A stretch of DNA of 64,000 nucleotides from an uncultured Ectothiorhodospiraceae bacterium (GCA_964342155.1 CAYFEQ010000005.1:24889-88888); one strand, 5' to 3'; counted from the first letter of the stretch, positions 8,848 through 17,776 are shown. Translations and numbers: made by a program. Notes: a model not told the origin generated them from the sequence alone.

Positions 8848-10126
8848 AACTATTTATATAGCTGCGATCAATAGAAGTGGAGGTTCATTATTAGCTAGAC
8901 TCTTAGATAATCATAGCAAAGTTCTAAGTTATCCGATTGAAATTGGATTTCCAACTTTTGATAATTTTTATGAAGTTCATGAAATGCATCAAGGAGTGCC
9001 TCAAACAATCCCTAATTATTCAAAATCAATGAATATTGATGTATTTAACTTATTGGAGATTCCAAAAGAAGAGCATCAATATTCTACAACTTGGGGAAAA
9101 GAAACAAGTGATCCATTAGGAGTGAGAAAGAATTATATAGAAAAAGTATTTTATGGAAATATAAAAACTGATTTTGATTATGCAAAGTTCAAAAAAACAT
9201 TTGAAGAAGAATCAAATAATGCATCAAATATTGCTGAATTATATGATGCAAGACACAATGCTTATTTTAAATCCTGGGATAATGGAAAATATTTTAAAGA
9301 ACAATCTCATGTATTGATGCATGATAGTGGCGGCTTGTATTTAACCAATATAGATAAATTCTATGATGAATTTTCTGATTCAAAGTTAATATACCCTATA
9401 CGAAATGTAATTGGTTATGTTGCAGCTGAGAAAACAAGATTTGCAAGACGTTATTATGGTTCTAGAAGATTTGCATGGCCTCAATTACCAAACTTTTTTG
9501 TTAAAAGATTTGTTCATTATGACTTAGAAGCACAAATTCGTTGCTGGCTATCTGCATTAACGAGAGTGAGAATACTTCAAGAAAAATATGAGAAAAATAA
9601 ACTTATTGTCTATAGACATGAAAATTTAATACATAGACCTAAAGATGTAATGAAATCAATTAGTAGTCTACTCGATCTTAAATATGAGAATACATTAATA
9701 GAGCCGACAATTGCTGGAACTCCATGGTTAGGAAACTCTCATTACGGACCTGTAAAGGGTATTTCAAAAAGTATAAGTAAGAACTACAGCAAGGTATTAA
9801 GAGATGATGAAATTGAGATAATTTCTGAGACAACAAAAAAGTTAACTAAATCATTATATACCGAGGATAATATAACAGATATTTTATCAATCAATGAAAA
9901 CTTATTCTATAGATACTCAGAACAAAAAAAATATTTCAATGATGAAGAAAAATTAACCTTATATTATACTACTGTAAATTCTCCAAAGAGAAGAGTTTTG
10001 GTAAAGCAACCTGACATTTATTCTATTTTTGCTTTTTTTTATTCAATCTTTGTAAGAATTTTACATATACCAAGAATAATTAAACTTAAATTTTTTAAGG
10101 GAAAGGGGAAACAAAATTATACATGA
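8834..10126 (+). CDS. Sulfotransferase-like protein (stf0 / Sulfotransfer_3-like P-loop)
   Basis: The N-terminal IAAINRSGGSLLARLL resembles the 5'-PSB loop (RSGsTLL) of bacterial sulfotransferases. A possible 3'-PB-like IYPIRNVIGYV segment follows. Length is 430 aa. It overlaps both neighbours, indicating an operon. Confidence 0.45.
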   Translation: MKKFKTIYIAAINRSGGSLLARLLDNHSKVLSYPIEIGFPTFDNFYEVHEMHQGVPQTIPNYSKSMNIDVFNLLEIPKEEHQYSTTWGKETSDPLGVRKNYIEKVFYGNIKTDFDYAKFKKTFEEESNNASNIAELYDARHNAYFKSWDNGKYFKEQSHVLMHDSGGLYLTNIDKFYDEFSDSKLIYPIRNVIGYVAAEKTRFARRYYGSRRFAWPQLPNFFVKRFVHYDLEAQIRCWLSALTRVRILQEKYEKNKLIVYRHENLIHRPKDVMKSISSLLDLKYENTLIEPTIAGTPWLGNSHYGPVKGISKSISKNYSKVLRDDEIEIISETTKKLTKSLYTEDNITDILSINENLFYRYSEQKKYFNDEEKLTLYYTTVNSPKRRVLVKQPDIYSIFAFFYSIFVRILHIPRIIKLKFFKGKGKQNYT

Positions 10127-11097
10127 CAGAGATATTTGCAACCGTAGGTCCATCAACATTAAATAAAAAATTTCTTACTGCAATAAATAAGAGAAAAGTA
10201 AATTTATTAAGAATTAACTTATCTCATACAAAAATTAAAGATTTAGAAAGTACTGTAAACTTTATTAAACGATATACAAAAATACCCGTATGCTTTGATA
10301 CAGAAGGAGCACAAATAAGAACAACATCGATATTTAAAAATAAAATGATTTTGAAAACCAATACATCTGTATTCATCCATAAGAACAAACAAAGTAAGAA
10401 AAGTTTTAGTTTAACGCCTATAGAGGCATTCGACCTCATCAATGAAGGGGATATACTATCAATTGATTTTGATAGCGTTCAGATAAAAATTATTGAGAAA
10501 AAGAATTTATCATTAAAAGCGACTGTTATTAATGGAGGCAGTATTGCAATTAATAAAGGGGTATCAGTGAATAGACAAATTAAATTAGCTTCATTCACTA
10601 AAAAAGATATTCAAGCATTTAAAATTGCAAAGGATCTTAAAATTAAAAATATTGCTTTATCATTTGCATCAACTGGTCAGGATGTGAAAAGACTACGCGA
10701 GATATTCAAATATCCCATAAACATAATATCAAAAATTGAATCTAAAAGAGGTTTGAAAAATTTAAAGAATATAATAAGTGAATCAAATGGAATATTAATT
10801 GATAGAGGAGATCTTTCAAGAGAAGTTCCGTTAGAAAACATCCCTCAAACACAAAAAAATATTATAAATGTAGCAAAAAAAATGAAAAAATCAGTATATG
10901 TAGCAACTAATCTACTCGAGTCAATGGTTATTAAAAAAGATCCAACAAGAGCTGAAGTTAATGATATTTATAATACATTAATTGATGGAGCAAATGGATT
11001 AGTTCTTGCTGCTGAAACTGCCATTGGCAATTATCCATTAGAGTGTATAAATATGATTTCTAAAGTTGCCAAAGTATATAAAAAGAATCATAAATAA
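10123..11097 (+). CDS. Pyruvate-kinase-like protein with the PK TIM-barrel domain only and no C-terminal regulatory domain
   Basis: IFATVGPSTLNKKFLTAINKRKVNLLRINLSHT matches the pyruvate kinase N-terminus (IVCTIGPAS...G.nvaRlNfSHG). At 324 aa it is about 150 aa shorter than canonical PykF. Confidence 0.55.
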   Translation: MTEIFATVGPSTLNKKFLTAINKRKVNLLRINLSHTKIKDLESTVNFIKRYTKIPVCFDTEGAQIRTTSIFKNKMILKTNTSVFIHKNKQSKKSFSLTPIEAFDLINEGDILSIDFDSVQIKIIEKKNLSLKATVINGGSIAINKGVSVNRQIKLASFTKKDIQAFKIAKDLKIKNIALSFASTGQDVKRLREIFKYPINIISKIESKRGLKNLKNIISESNGILIDRGDLSREVPLENIPQTQKNIINVAKKMKKSVYVATNLLESMVIKKDPTRAEVNDIYNTLIDGANGLVLAAETAIGNYPLECINMISKVAKVYKKNHK

Positions 11098-11108
11098 TTA
11101 ATTTAGAA

Positions 11109-11636
11109 ATGTCACAAATAATTTGGTTTACAGGAATGTCAGGAGCTGGTAAATCTACGATTCTTGAATATGCAAACAAATATGTTCAAAGTAAAAAAAT
11201 GAATACAGCTTGTATTGATGGAGATCAAATTAGGAACAAGTATAAAATTCCAGTTGGATTTTCTTATGATGAAATCTGTATGAATAATAGATCAGTTGCA
11301 TCACTATGTAAGTCAATTTCAGAAAAGCATGATTTTATTTTTGTAGCTGTTATTTCTCCGTATGAAAAATTAAGAGAAGAAATTAAATCATTACTAAATA
11401 ATAATATTCATTTTGTATATGTATATGCTGATATAGATGTATTAAAAAAGCGCGATGTTAAAGGTTTATATAAAAAAGCTGATAATGGAGTAATAGATAA
11501 TCTAATTGGATATTCAAAAAACTCGCCATATGAAAAACCAACTAATCCTTCCTTGAAGATCAACACTTCAATAAAAAGTTTAGATGAATGTAAGGAACAA
11601 ATAAAAATATTTATTGATTCGTTATTAAACCAATAA
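11109..11636 (+). CDS. Adenylylsulfate (APS) kinase family protein (CysC fold). It is a candidate Cj1415-like cytidine diphosphoramidate kinase or a PAPS-forming kinase.
   Basis: The Walker A reads IIWFTGMSGAGKSTI, typical of APS kinase (vwfTGLSGSGKST). The 175-aa length is that of a stand-alone CysC. Confidence 0.75.
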   Translation: MSQIIWFTGMSGAGKSTILEYANKYVQSKKMNTACIDGDQIRNKYKIPVGFSYDEICMNNRSVASLCKSISEKHDFIFVAVISPYEKLREEIKSLLNNNIHFVYVYADIDVLKKRDVKGLYKKADNGVIDNLIGYSKNSPYEKPTNPSLKINTSIKSLDECKEQIKIFIDSLLNQ

Positions 11637-12655
11637 TGTTATTAAATAAAGAAAATAGATGCTTTATAAAATATTTATTTACGTTTAGTGGTATCTTTAA
11701 CACACTTAAATTTTTAATTCGTAAATTATATAATAAATGTTTTAGAAAAAATGATTATCATAATTACACAAAGCTTTTTAAATCTATTTTTAAAAGATAT
11801 GGTTGTAATAAAAAATTTGATTTATTTAAAAATGAAATCAATAGTTCAGCTAAAAAATATAAAATTCTTCTTGCAACAAAACCTTATCTACTGGATGAAA
11901 AGACTGACTGGAATATTAAATTTGATGATGAAGAAGATTATGAATCATTACATCGGTTTATTTGGTTAAGATATTTATTATCATCTGAAAAATCTATTTC
12001 AACTGAAGAAATCAATTTTATTGAAAACATCTTATTCTCCTGGTCAAATAAATTTATCCATGAGTGTTTTGATGATAAATCATTAGTTTGGCATCCTTAC
12101 ACGCTCTCTGAAAGAATTATAAATATTATAATCTTTTATGTAGTTTCAAATAGAAAAATGCCCATAAGTATTCAGAAAAATCTACATTTTATGCTGTCTA
12201 TACTTATAAAAAGATTAGAGTTCTATAATTATGGCCATGGCAATCATCTAATCAATAACTCAAGAGCGTTATTATATTACGCGCTATATTTTGATGACGA
12301 AGAATTATTAAGTTACGCTATACAATTACTAAGATATTCAACTGAGAGCTTTGTTATAAATAAGTATACTTGCGATGGATCATCTCATTATCAATTATTA
12401 TTATATTATTGGTTTGAGGATTTAAAACAGTTTAGTAATAAATATAAGAAAAAAGCAATTTCAGAATTATTATCTAACTATAATTTTTATCTAAAATCAG
12501 GATTAGAAACCTTTCTGATAAAAAATAACAAAAATATGATATTTACAGGTGATATTTCGCCAGATTATCCTCCAAATTATTTATTAACACTCTTAGATGA
12601 CAAAAAGTTATTTTTAAAAGAATATTCACTTAATTTACTTTATAAAAGATTATAA
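11636..12655 (+). CDS. Heparinase II/III-like protein, N-terminal (alpha/alpha toroid) part of a split gene
   Basis: It is contiguous with the next ORF, with a 1-nt gap. Together the two have the architecture of heparinase II/III-family proteins that accompany WbpS-type AsnB genes. Sequence similarity to the N-domain is weak (HGNHLINNSRALLYYA). Confidence 0.4.
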   Translation: MLLNKENRCFIKYLFTFSGIFNTLKFLIRKLYNKCFRKNDYHNYTKLFKSIFKRYGCNKKFDLFKNEINSSAKKYKILLATKPYLLDEKTDWNIKFDDEEDYESLHRFIWLRYLLSSEKSISTEEINFIENILFSWSNKFIHECFDDKSLVWHPYTLSERIINIIIFYVVSNRKMPISIQKNLHFMLSILIKRLEFYNYGHGNHLINNSRALLYYALYFDDEELLSYAIQLLRYSTESFVINKYTCDGSSHYQLLLYYWFEDLKQFSNKYKKKAISELLSNYNFYLKSGLETFLIKNNKNMIFTGDISPDYPPNYLLTLLDDKKLFLKEYSLNLLYKRL

Positions 12656-12656
12656 G

Positions 12657-13349
12657 ATGTGGAAAAAAGTAGAATATGGATTATGGAGCTTAGTGCTTAA
12701 GGAGAATGAAGACAAGATTGGATTTTATAATCATTCACATCATGATTTTTTACACTTAAATTTAAATTATGATCAAATACCAATCCTAATTGATACCGGA
12801 AGAGGTTCTTATAGCGACACTAGAGCGCATAGCAAATCATATTTACCTGAATATCATAATAGTGTAAGAATAAATGGATTAGGTTATAAACCGGATAATA
12901 TGAGACTTTATCCTCCAGAATACATAAATCATATTCATGATATCAAGATTGACGAATTAGATGAAAAATTAAAGATCACAATTTTTACTAATGGGTTTAA
13001 TCGAATAGATAAAGAAATAAATTTCAAAAGGGAAGTTAGTTTATATAAAGATAGGGTTGTAATAAAAGATATATCTGAAGCTAAAAAATCTTATTTAATA
13101 GAAAACTTCTTTCATTTTAATAATAATTTAGAGATTGTAGATAAAAAAACAAATTTATTAACAAATGGAAAAAATAAATTTAGGTTTATTTCCAACAATA
13201 GTTGCACTGAATATAAAAATAGTATTTATAATAAAGATTTATATTACATATCAAGGCAATATGGTGAGTTAGAAGAAAGTTTTGGATATTATATTTCTCA
13301 AAATTTTAATTTAGATGAATCTATCACACATAAAATTATAGTGAGCTAA
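12657..13349 (+). CDS. Heparinase II/III-like protein, C-terminal beta-sandwich part of the split gene
   Basis: NHSHHDFLHLNLNYDQIPILIDTGRGSY resembles the conserved H-x-H-x-D-x-L-s-F-x-L ... vivDxGt.xY motif of the Hepar_II_III C-terminal domain. Confidence 0.5.
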   Translation: MWKKVEYGLWSLVLKENEDKIGFYNHSHHDFLHLNLNYDQIPILIDTGRGSYSDTRAHSKSYLPEYHNSVRINGLGYKPDNMRLYPPEYINHIHDIKIDELDEKLKITIFTNGFNRIDKEINFKREVSLYKDRVVIKDISEAKKSYLIENFFHFNNNLEIVDKKTNLLTNGKNKFRFISNNSCTEYKNSIYNKDLYYISRQYGELEESFGYYISQNFNLDESITHKIIVS

Positions 13350-13352
13350 ATT

Positions 13353-15203
13353 ATGTGCGGAATATGTGGATATATTAATTTAAATCAAACTTCTCAAATT
13401 AATGACAATACGATTGTTAAAATGGCTAATAGAATGGAGCATCGTGGTCCTGATGACATTGGGCATTATTCAGAAAACAGTTTTTCATTAGCTATGAGAA
13501 GATTATCAATTATTGATACAGAAAATGGTAATCAACCTATTTATTCTGATGATAAAAAAATTGTAATTATAATGAATGGAGAACTCTATAACTATAAACA
13601 ACTAAGAGATGAGTTGATGGCTAAGAACATTAAATTTAAAACTAACTCAGATACAGAAGTTGTATTAAAAATGTATGAATTATATGGTCTGACTTGTATT
13701 GATAAACTTCAAGGTATGTTCGCCTTTTGCATAAATGATTCAAAATTGAATATTACCTGGTTGGTTAGAGATCGTTTTGGAATTAAACCCTTACTTTATT
13801 ATTACGATTCAGAAAAACTAATATTTGGATCTACGATTGATTCTATGCTTGCTTCAAAACAAATTGACACATCATTAGATGAGACAAGTATAAGATTATA
13901 TTTGCTAATATCTTATATACCTACACCTCATACTATTTATAAGAATATCAAGAAGTTGCAACCAGGTCATCAAATAATTATCAGAGATAAATCTGTCGCC
14001 ATATCTAAGTATTGGGAAATTGAAGATCATATAGATTCAAAAAAAAATCTTAAGTCTGAAGATGATTTTATTGATTTATTAAATAAATCTATTGATATTC
14101 ACTCTGTGTCAGATGTTCCAGTAGGGACTTTTTTAAGTGGAGGGATAGATAGTTCTGTTATTACAAAACTTTATAAAAAAATAAGTCGTGATGATTTTAA
14201 TACATTTTCAGCAGAATTTGACGGGAAAGATAACGCAGATTCAAAGACAGCTAATCTAATATCAGATAAATTAAAGACAACACATCATAATATTAAAATT
14301 ACTTCTGATGAGTTTTTACCAAATCTAGATGAATTAATTAACTATTTAGATGAACCTTTATATGATTCATCAATGGTTGCTTCATATCTGTTATCAAAAA
14401 CAGCACAAAAAAATAAAATAAAGGTACTTTTAGCAGGAAATGGGGCTGATGAAATCTTTGGTGGATATCATAGGCATTATTCAACAATTAAATCATTAAC
14501 GGCAGGGAAGTTAAAAATATTTTCAGATAGATTTCTTAAAAACTTATCATGGATATTGCCGAATTCTTATCATAAATTAGTTCAACTTAAATATGAACAT
14601 ATATCTCATGCGATTACTTTTTCTGGAATAAATTTAGAAACATATAGAAATGTTGTTAAAAATAGTGATTTTGATTCTATAAATAACTTACTAAATAATT
14701 ATTTCAATGTAAATCATGATGAAAATCTATCATATTCGAAGAAAATGATGATAAAAGACCTTAGAACTTATTTATTAGATAATGGGTTGAATATTCTAGA
14801 TAAAACAACTATGGCTGCATCAATTGAAGGTAGGGTTCCGTATCTTGATCATAAATTAGTTGAACATTTATTTTCAATGCATGAAAAATCATATTTATCA
14901 AATAATTATCATGGTTCAAAACCAATGTTGAAAAGATATGCAAATAGAATTGATTTAAATGAAGTTACAAAAAGGAAAAAGTCTGGCTTTAATCAGCCAT
15001 TAGAAAAAATATTCTCTTCATCTAAGAATATAAAAAAAATTAAAGAAACTTTAATCGAATCTAATAAGCATCTTAGTAAGTTTATAAATATAGAAGAATT
15101 AATATCAATAATAGATAGCAATAAGAATAATAAGAGCCTAGAGAATATTATGAATATTTATGTATTAGCAAAATGGTTTAATAAAAAACATATACAACAA
15201 TGA
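13353..15203 (+). CDS. asnB: Asparagine synthase (glutamine-hydrolysing), WbpS-like, of the kind found in glycan clusters
   Basis: It has the N-terminal nucleophile MCGICGY and the PP-loop SGGIDSS (FLSGGIDSSVIT). Length is 616 aa. Confidence 0.85.
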   Translation: MCGICGYINLNQTSQINDNTIVKMANRMEHRGPDDIGHYSENSFSLAMRRLSIIDTENGNQPIYSDDKKIVIIMNGELYNYKQLRDELMAKNIKFKTNSDTEVVLKMYELYGLTCIDKLQGMFAFCINDSKLNITWLVRDRFGIKPLLYYYDSEKLIFGSTIDSMLASKQIDTSLDETSIRLYLLISYIPTPHTIYKNIKKLQPGHQIIIRDKSVAISKYWEIEDHIDSKKNLKSEDDFIDLLNKSIDIHSVSDVPVGTFLSGGIDSSVITKLYKKISRDDFNTFSAEFDGKDNADSKTANLISDKLKTTHHNIKITSDEFLPNLDELINYLDEPLYDSSMVASYLLSKTAQKNKIKVLLAGNGADEIFGGYHRHYSTIKSLTAGKLKIFSDRFLKNLSWILPNSYHKLVQLKYEHISHAITFSGINLETYRNVVKNSDFDSINNLLNNYFNVNHDENLSYSKKMMIKDLRTYLLDNGLNILDKTTMAASIEGRVPYLDHKLVEHLFSMHEKSYLSNNYHGSKPMLKRYANRIDLNEVTKRKKSGFNQPLEKIFSSSKNIKKIKETLIESNKHLSKFINIEELISIIDSNKNNKSLENIMNIYVLAKWFNKKHIQQ

Positions 15204-16012
15204 TTTCAGTTATCTGCCCATATCATAATTGTTCTAAAATTATTTTAAATGCCATTAATAGTCTGTTAAGTCAGGAAGTTGATAATAAACTATTTGAAGT
15301 TATCTTTATTGATGATGGATCCACTGATGATACCACCAATATTGTTGCTAACAATCTTATTAAGTTTAAACAAAAAAATATTTCTTCTAGAATTATATCT
15401 CAAAATCATAAAGGCGCTGGCAGCGCAAGAAATCTAGGTATCAATAATTCTAAATATGATTTTATTGCATTTTTAGATGCAGATGATAGATGGAAAGATT
15501 TAAAACTGTCAAAATGTATAAATACAATTAAAAAGTATGGAAATGATGTAAATTTGATTATCCATGATGAATTATTTATTAGGTGTGATAATTCCACACA
15601 AAGGATTCACAATGGTAATTTTTACTATTCTACAATCGCTGAATCACTGTATAGACGTAATACATTTTCAACATCGGCGATAGTATTGAATAAAAATTTA
15701 CTTAAAAAATATGGACTTTTTAATGAAAATCTTATGTCGAGTCAAGATTATGAGTTATGGCTAAGAATGGCTCCAAATTTAAAAGTAATTAGAATTGATG
15801 AAGTATTAGGAGAATATTATGAAAACCCTAATGGAATAACATCAAAATACTATGCAAAGAGATTTTTGGATCAATTACGTATAGCCTATAAATATAGAAG
15901 CTATGTTTCTATACCAATATATATATATAAAATTTGTAGAATATTACTCAGTAAACAATGGATATACGGATTGTCAAATTTAATCACTTCAAAAAAAGGA
16001 CATAATTATTAA
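15200..16012 (+). CDS. Family 2 glycosyltransferase
   Basis: The N-terminal ISVICPYHN ... EVIFIDDGSTDDT is the classic GT-A / GT2 pattern, with a DAD motif (FLDADD). Confidence 0.8.
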   Translation: MISVICPYHNCSKIILNAINSLLSQEVDNKLFEVIFIDDGSTDDTTNIVANNLIKFKQKNISSRIISQNHKGAGSARNLGINNSKYDFIAFLDADDRWKDLKLSKCINTIKKYGNDVNLIIHDELFIRCDNSTQRIHNGNFYYSTIAESLYRRNTFSTSAIVLNKNLLKKYGLFNENLMSSQDYELWLRMAPNLKVIRIDEVLGEYYENPNGITSKYYAKRFLDQLRIAYKYRSYVSIPIYIYKICRILLSKQWIYGLSNLITSKKGHNY

Positions 16013-16064
16013 TAGAAAAATTACAATACAACCACAATTTAGTTATAAAAAACTATTATCATCT

Positions 16065-17033
16065 TTGTATGAAAAGAATAATAAAATCAATAAAAATTTA
16101 TATAAATCAGGAAGATATGCATTATATTATGGATTATCAAAAGTACTGAAACACAAAGTAAAATTAAAAAAGATTTTATTGCCTAACTTTATATGTAAAG
16201 AAGTAATTCAGCCATTACAAAGATTAGATTTAAATATAGATTTTTACCATGTTAATCGGGACTTAAATATAAATATAGAAGAAATAGTAAATAAAAATAT
16301 AAAAGATTCAACAATTTTCTTTGTAGTTAATTATTTTGGCTTCCCAGCAGATTGGAATTCTATTAATTCTCTAAAAAAAGATTTAAATTTATTTGTTGTA
16401 GAAGACAATGCACACTCAGCATTTACTAAATATAAGAATAAGAGGTTAGGGGATCAAGGAGATTTATCATTTAATAGTTTGAGAAAATTTTTACCAATAC
16501 TAGGTGGCTCAGAATTAATGACAGATTATAGTAATGAAACAATATATCAAAACCAAGTTAGTAGGATGCCATCACTTGAGGAGCTTAAATATTCATTGAG
16601 GCATCTTAAACCCAGTATATTGAAAAATAAAAAAAATAATGGAGTTGCTGATGATAGTTTTAATTTGAAGCTATCGTCTATAGACTGGATATCAAATACA
16701 CTATTAAATAAGAATAGTTTTGATGAAAATAAAATAGCTGAATCAAGAATAAATAACTATAAATTTTGGGAGAAATATTTACATAATTGGGATGTAAAAC
16801 TTTTTGACCATCTTAAAATAAACAATGATATATGCCCTTATGCTTTCCCTTGCATAACTAAAAATAATGATCAAACAAAAAAAATAATAGAATGGGGAAA
16901 TAAAAAAAATATCAATATAATTAAATGGCCAAAATTTCCAAATCATAAAAGATTTATTTATCCAGAAAATGATCTACAAAATGTGATTCTATTTCCTGTA
17001 AATCATCAATACGATTTAAATAAGATACTATGA
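16065..17033 (+). CDS. DegT/DnrJ/EryC1-like aminotransferase-fold protein, N-terminally short at 322 aa
   Basis: SGRYALYYGL...ILLPNFIC...VVEDNAHSAF...GDLSFNSLRKF parallels the DegT pattern sGTaAL..al / vi.P.ftf / iEDaAha.G / gd..cFSF...K. It begins with TTG and is preceded by an in-frame stop 18 nt upstream. It therefore lacks the about 50-residue DegT N-terminus. Confidence 0.5.
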   Translation: MYEKNNKINKNLYKSGRYALYYGLSKVLKHKVKLKKILLPNFICKEVIQPLQRLDLNIDFYHVNRDLNINIEEIVNKNIKDSTIFFVVNYFGFPADWNSINSLKKDLNLFVVEDNAHSAFTKYKNKRLGDQGDLSFNSLRKFLPILGGSELMTDYSNETIYQNQVSRMPSLEELKYSLRHLKPSILKNKKNNGVADDSFNLKLSSIDWISNTLLNKNSFDENKIAESRINNYKFWEKYLHNWDVKLFDHLKINNDICPYAFPCITKNNDQTKKIIEWGNKKNINIIKWPKFPNHKRFIYPENDLQNVILFPVNHQYDLNKIL

Positions 17034-17776
17034 AAAAGACTTTTAAAAGACATATAAAGAACTTCATAAGAGATTCGTTTGGTTCAATTTACTATCATTC
17101 ATATAAAAGATTTTCTAATGAACAAGGTAATAGATCCTTGATCTACCATGCATTTGGACTAAAGCTTAAACATGATACGTATGGTATTAGTATTGATATA
17201 AATAAATTTAATGAACACATCAAATATCTGTATGAAAATTATAAAATAATATCTTTAAAAGATTATGGCAATTATGATTCTAATAGTGTTTCTATTACAA
17301 TAGATGATGGTTATAAAGACACTATTTCAGCAATAGATATTTTGAATTCTTATGACATGCCATTTGATTTATTCATCACTACAGATAATATTGATAAGAA
17401 AAATCATCTTTCATCTCAGGATATTCGTGATATCGCAAGCTTGAATATCGCCAATATTGGAAGTCATGGTTGCTCACATAATCGATTAACTGATCTAAAT
17501 TCTTCACAGCAAAGCAATGAAATTAATGAAAGTAAGGAGAAATTAGAAAATATAATTGGTTCAAAAATAGAGAGTTACTCTTATCCGCATGGATCACATA
17601 ACGCTAAAACATTAAAAATTATGGAATTATCTGGATACAATTATGCAGCTTCAAGTATAAAGGGGCTTAACTGTAAATTAACATCAAAGTACATCTTAAG
17701 AAGGAGTGAAATAATAAGCACTGACACAATAAAAGATGTTTCAAAAAAAATTAGAGGATATTATGATTACTACTAG
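17030..17776 (+). CDS. Polysaccharide deacetylase (NodB homology domain)
   Basis: It has the TFDDG-like motif ISITIDDGYKD and the His motif IGSHGCSHNRL. Length is 248 aa. Confidence 0.7.
   Translation: MKKTFKRHIKNFIRDSFGSIYYHSYKRFSNEQGNRSLIYHAFGLKLKHDTYGISIDINKFNEHIKYLYENYKIISLKDYGNYDSNSVSITIDDGYKDTISAIDILNSYDMPFDLFITTDNIDKKNHLSSQDIRDIASLNIANIGSHGCSHNRLTDLNSSQQSNEINESKEKLENIIGSKIESYSYPHGSHNAKTLKIMELSGYNYAASSIKGLNCKLTSKYILRRSEIISTDTIKDVSKKIRGYYDYY

Noticed and set aside
11109-11636. I considered reading the APS kinase as evidence of assimilatory sulfate reduction.
   Set aside because: No ATP sulfurylase, PAPS/APS reductase or sulfite reductase is in the window. The gene sits in a glycan operon and not with cys genes. 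It is therefore treated as a PAPS-for-sulfation kinase or a Cj1415-like kinase.
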